DNA from: Salpingoeca rosetta
Lineage: Eukaryota; Protista; Choanoflagellata
Direction: 5' to 3'
DNA: 64,000 nucleotides
Assembly: GCA_033442325.1 (NCBI GenBank)
Contig: JAWQFM010000006.1
Coordinates: 101,771-165,770 of the forward strand
In this document: positions 61,172 to 64,000 of the stretch, one piece after another
Position numbering within the stretch: position 1 is the first letter of the stretch
How the letters are laid out: every line of letters begins with the position of its first letter
Translations under genes and position numbers: made by a program
The notes under the pieces: generated by a model
What the model was told of the DNA's origin: nothing
Database searches by the model: none
The model's input: the letters and a program-made list of their open reading frames with translations, nothing else

Positions 61172-63976
61172 ATGGATGCATGTGGTGGGAACGCAGCGCT
61201 CAAGGCTGCAGAGACACTGCGACGTGCACACCGGGTAAGCCTCCTCGTCGTCCTCGTCGTCGTCATTGTCGCTGTTGGTGTTGTTGTTGGTGTTGGTGTT
61301 GTTGTTGGTGTTGGTTGCACTGCATTCTTGGAGCAAGAGAGGCCTTCGTGGTGGGGCTGTCTCTTCCCTTCACCCTCTCATAGGCACCCTAGCTCACACC
61401 AATCCAAACCCACTCTCACCTCCCAGCCAAGCCAGGAGCACTCTGCGACTGCCCACGCCGCGTTTGCGCAGCAAGCGGCCCAGCTCGCGTTCCAGGAGGC
61501 GCAGCTCCAACAGCAACATCAGCGCCTACAGCGCCAGCAACACCATGCACATCGACAGCGGCAATACGCATCACAGGCGCGACAACAGCACAGCAGCTCC
61601 GCGAATAGCAGCAGCGCTCGCAGCGGTCAAACACGTGCACCGCAACGCCCTTGGTCAACAAGCACACATCAGCCACAAGATACATCCATAGCCACAGGTA
61701 TCTGCGGTGATGTAGTGTGCGTGCTTGACTGTCTCTGTCGGTGTTCCCTCTTGCCACTTGTCAACTTGTGCATGTGCAAGTCCACAACCGCATCCTCCTC
61801 ACCTTTGCTCTGCCGGCTGGGCTGGTGCGCTGTGTTGAGTAGATCAACGGTACTGGGGAACAGGATCAGTCCGAACACAGCCCGAGCATGCCCCAGCCTC
61901 TTTCATGTCTCCGATGCACCGCCATCATCACCTTTACCGCACTCGCGATTTCATGGGTATGCATGCATGCACGCAAGCATTTGGCGCACCTGTATCTCGT
62001 CCTCTAGCTGCATGGCCTGTACCCTGCTGTGTGCAACGCATGTTCGTTGAGCTTACCCGTTGTTGATGTGGTCCCTTACGACAACTTGCTTCCTTGGACA
62101 GCCCGACACATGGGTCGAAGCGACCACCATCATGATCACTCTTCCCCATCTTCCTCATCCACTCAGGTGTGCAGTCAGTGCGCACGAGTGTGTGTGTGTG
62201 TATGTGTGTGTGTGTGTGTGTGTGTTGGTTGATGGGTTTACGCCAGTGTCTTCGTGTGGGTCTGCGTTGCAATGATCAAGCTTTTGCTCAGCGTTCCCAC
62301 CAACCAATACCACCACTGCTACTGATACGACCACCGCGTTAACCACTGCTTGTCATACGTGCAGGTGCTGGACCATCCCCACGCGTGGGCAGAATCGATG
62401 CTCGCACCAGACACGACAGATGCGCAGGAAACCACGCGCACCGCTGAAAACGATGATGAGGTGGGCATGGGGTGGTCGAAGTGTGCAACGCCTGCAATTG
62501 TTGCTGTTTGATCGTGTGCCCTTTCGTAAGCGGCAGCCCTGAGCCAACGTGAACTTGCCCCCCAAACCCCCTGCGCAATCTCTCTCACATGCGCGCGTAC
62601 GTCTGAATGCCCGCGTGGACTTGCACACACGTGCGTGTCAATACAGGCGCTGCGCTCGGCTGCCCGCGACATTCACGCGCGGGCGTCTGTTGATTCTGAT
62701 TTGCAGCAGTCGCAATTCATGGCGCTGATGGAGCAGCTCGCTGCCGGTGACGTCTCCGTTGTCGATGGAGAGGTGCGCAACATGTGTGTGTGTGTGTGTA
62801 TGTGAGTGTGAGTGTGTATGTGCGTGTGTGAGTGTGTGCGTGTGTGTGTGAGTGTGTGAGTAAGCGTGTGTGTTTGTGTGAGTGTGTTTGTGTGAGTGTG
62901 TGAGTGTGTGAGTGTGTGAGTGTGTTGACTTTTGAGTGGCAGTGCTGACAGCGCTCTTGTTGCCACACACCTGGCTTTTTCAGCTCCAACGCAATACCGC
63001 AGCGACGGCACCTAAACAACAAACACAACAACAACAACAGCAGCAAACACCACAACAACAGCACCAACAACCACAACAACAGCAGCAGCAGCAGGCGCGA
63101 TACCCGCACCAGGTTGACGTTGACGTGGATGCGCAGGCCGTGGACGCAATGATGGAGGAGTTCCGGCGAGCTTTCCAGTCACCCGACCCAACAGCTACAG
63201 CAACACCCAACACAGGCGCCACCGCCACCACCACCGCCACCACCACCACCACCACCACCACTGCCACGACGTCTACCACTGCTGCGAGCTCAACAGCACC
63301 AGCAGCAGCAAGGGATGCACCGGCATATGCGTTTCAGGCCACACTTCAGGCCGAGGACCACCAGAGAACAGCAGACGATTTCGTGCAAATGGGACAACAC
63401 GAGCTCGCAGCAGGTGTGTGTGTGTGTGTGTGTGTGTGTTGTGTGTGTGTTGTGTGTAACCTTACATCTGAGCTGCTGATGTGCGAACTGTATCGCTTTG
63501 TGCGTGTCTTGTCCTCGCCTCTTTCGTCGTTTCACATCCGCGCATGTGTACACGCCACCACCACCACAGGACGACTGGTCGCGGCCATCCTCAACTTTGA
63601 GCGCGCATGCCAGCTGGATGCATCGCATGTGGAGGCCTGGCAGCTCCTCGGTACCAGGTAATCACATGATGCCCGCACCACCACAACCCACAACCTGTTC
63701 TTTTTGATTCTAATGCTCCCACCTCCTCCTTCTCCTGCTGATGCTGTTGAAACCCTCCCCCCCCCTCTCTCTTCACCCTGCACCAACACCAACACTGTCA
63801 CCACTTTATATGCTACCCTCATCCTCATCCACACCTGCCGCCTCTTCCACGCCCTTCGCAGCCGTGCCGAGAATGAGCAAGACGAGATGGCCATTGCGGC
63901 GCTGCGCACATGTCTGCAACTCGACCCAACACGCCGTCCAGCCCTCCTCGCAATCGCCACAAGCTATGCAAACGAG
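61172..63976 (+). CDS. PEX5: Peroxisomal PTS1 receptor PEX5 (3' partial)
   Basis: N-terminal Cys motif [13 protein letters not shown]7-binding-like [20 protein letters not shown], and TPRs [47 protein letters not shown]...IATSYANE. Confidence 0.9.
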
Positions 63977-64000
63977 GTGTGTCGAGTGTGTGTGTCTGTG

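Overview
Intron-dense, gene-compact eukaryotic DNA whose introns are filled with (TG)n/(CA)n/(CACT)n/(CT)n microsatellites. The style and gene content point to a flagellated unicellular holozoan, most like the choanoflagellate Salpingoeca (inference). Most ORF-track entries are repeat artefacts, so genes were rebuilt by hand by joining GT-AG exons in phase. Gene order: first exon of an unidentified - strand gene; fused glutamine-dependent carbamoyl-phosphate synthetase with a mitochondrial-type presequence (CPS III-like, 32 exons); MIT-like/coiled-coil protein (-); ACTR10; NAGK; SABATH-fold methyltransferase; Ash1-like GATA factor (-); a full-length homologue of the Dictyostelium cell-density signal conditioned medium factor (CMF, -); MRPS22; an intronless bacterial-type GNAT; then three consecutive ciliary-base genes CEP290 (~58 exons), PDE6D and CEP19; then PEX5, truncated by the window end. 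There are four 100-N gaps, two of which appear to hide exons. Top leads: the secreted CMF-like alpha/beta-hydrolase as a candidate density-sensing system, the CEP290-PDE6D-CEP19 cluster, and a transcript-oriented GU-5'/CA-3' intron architecture. Family assignments rest on recalled motifs, not database searches.
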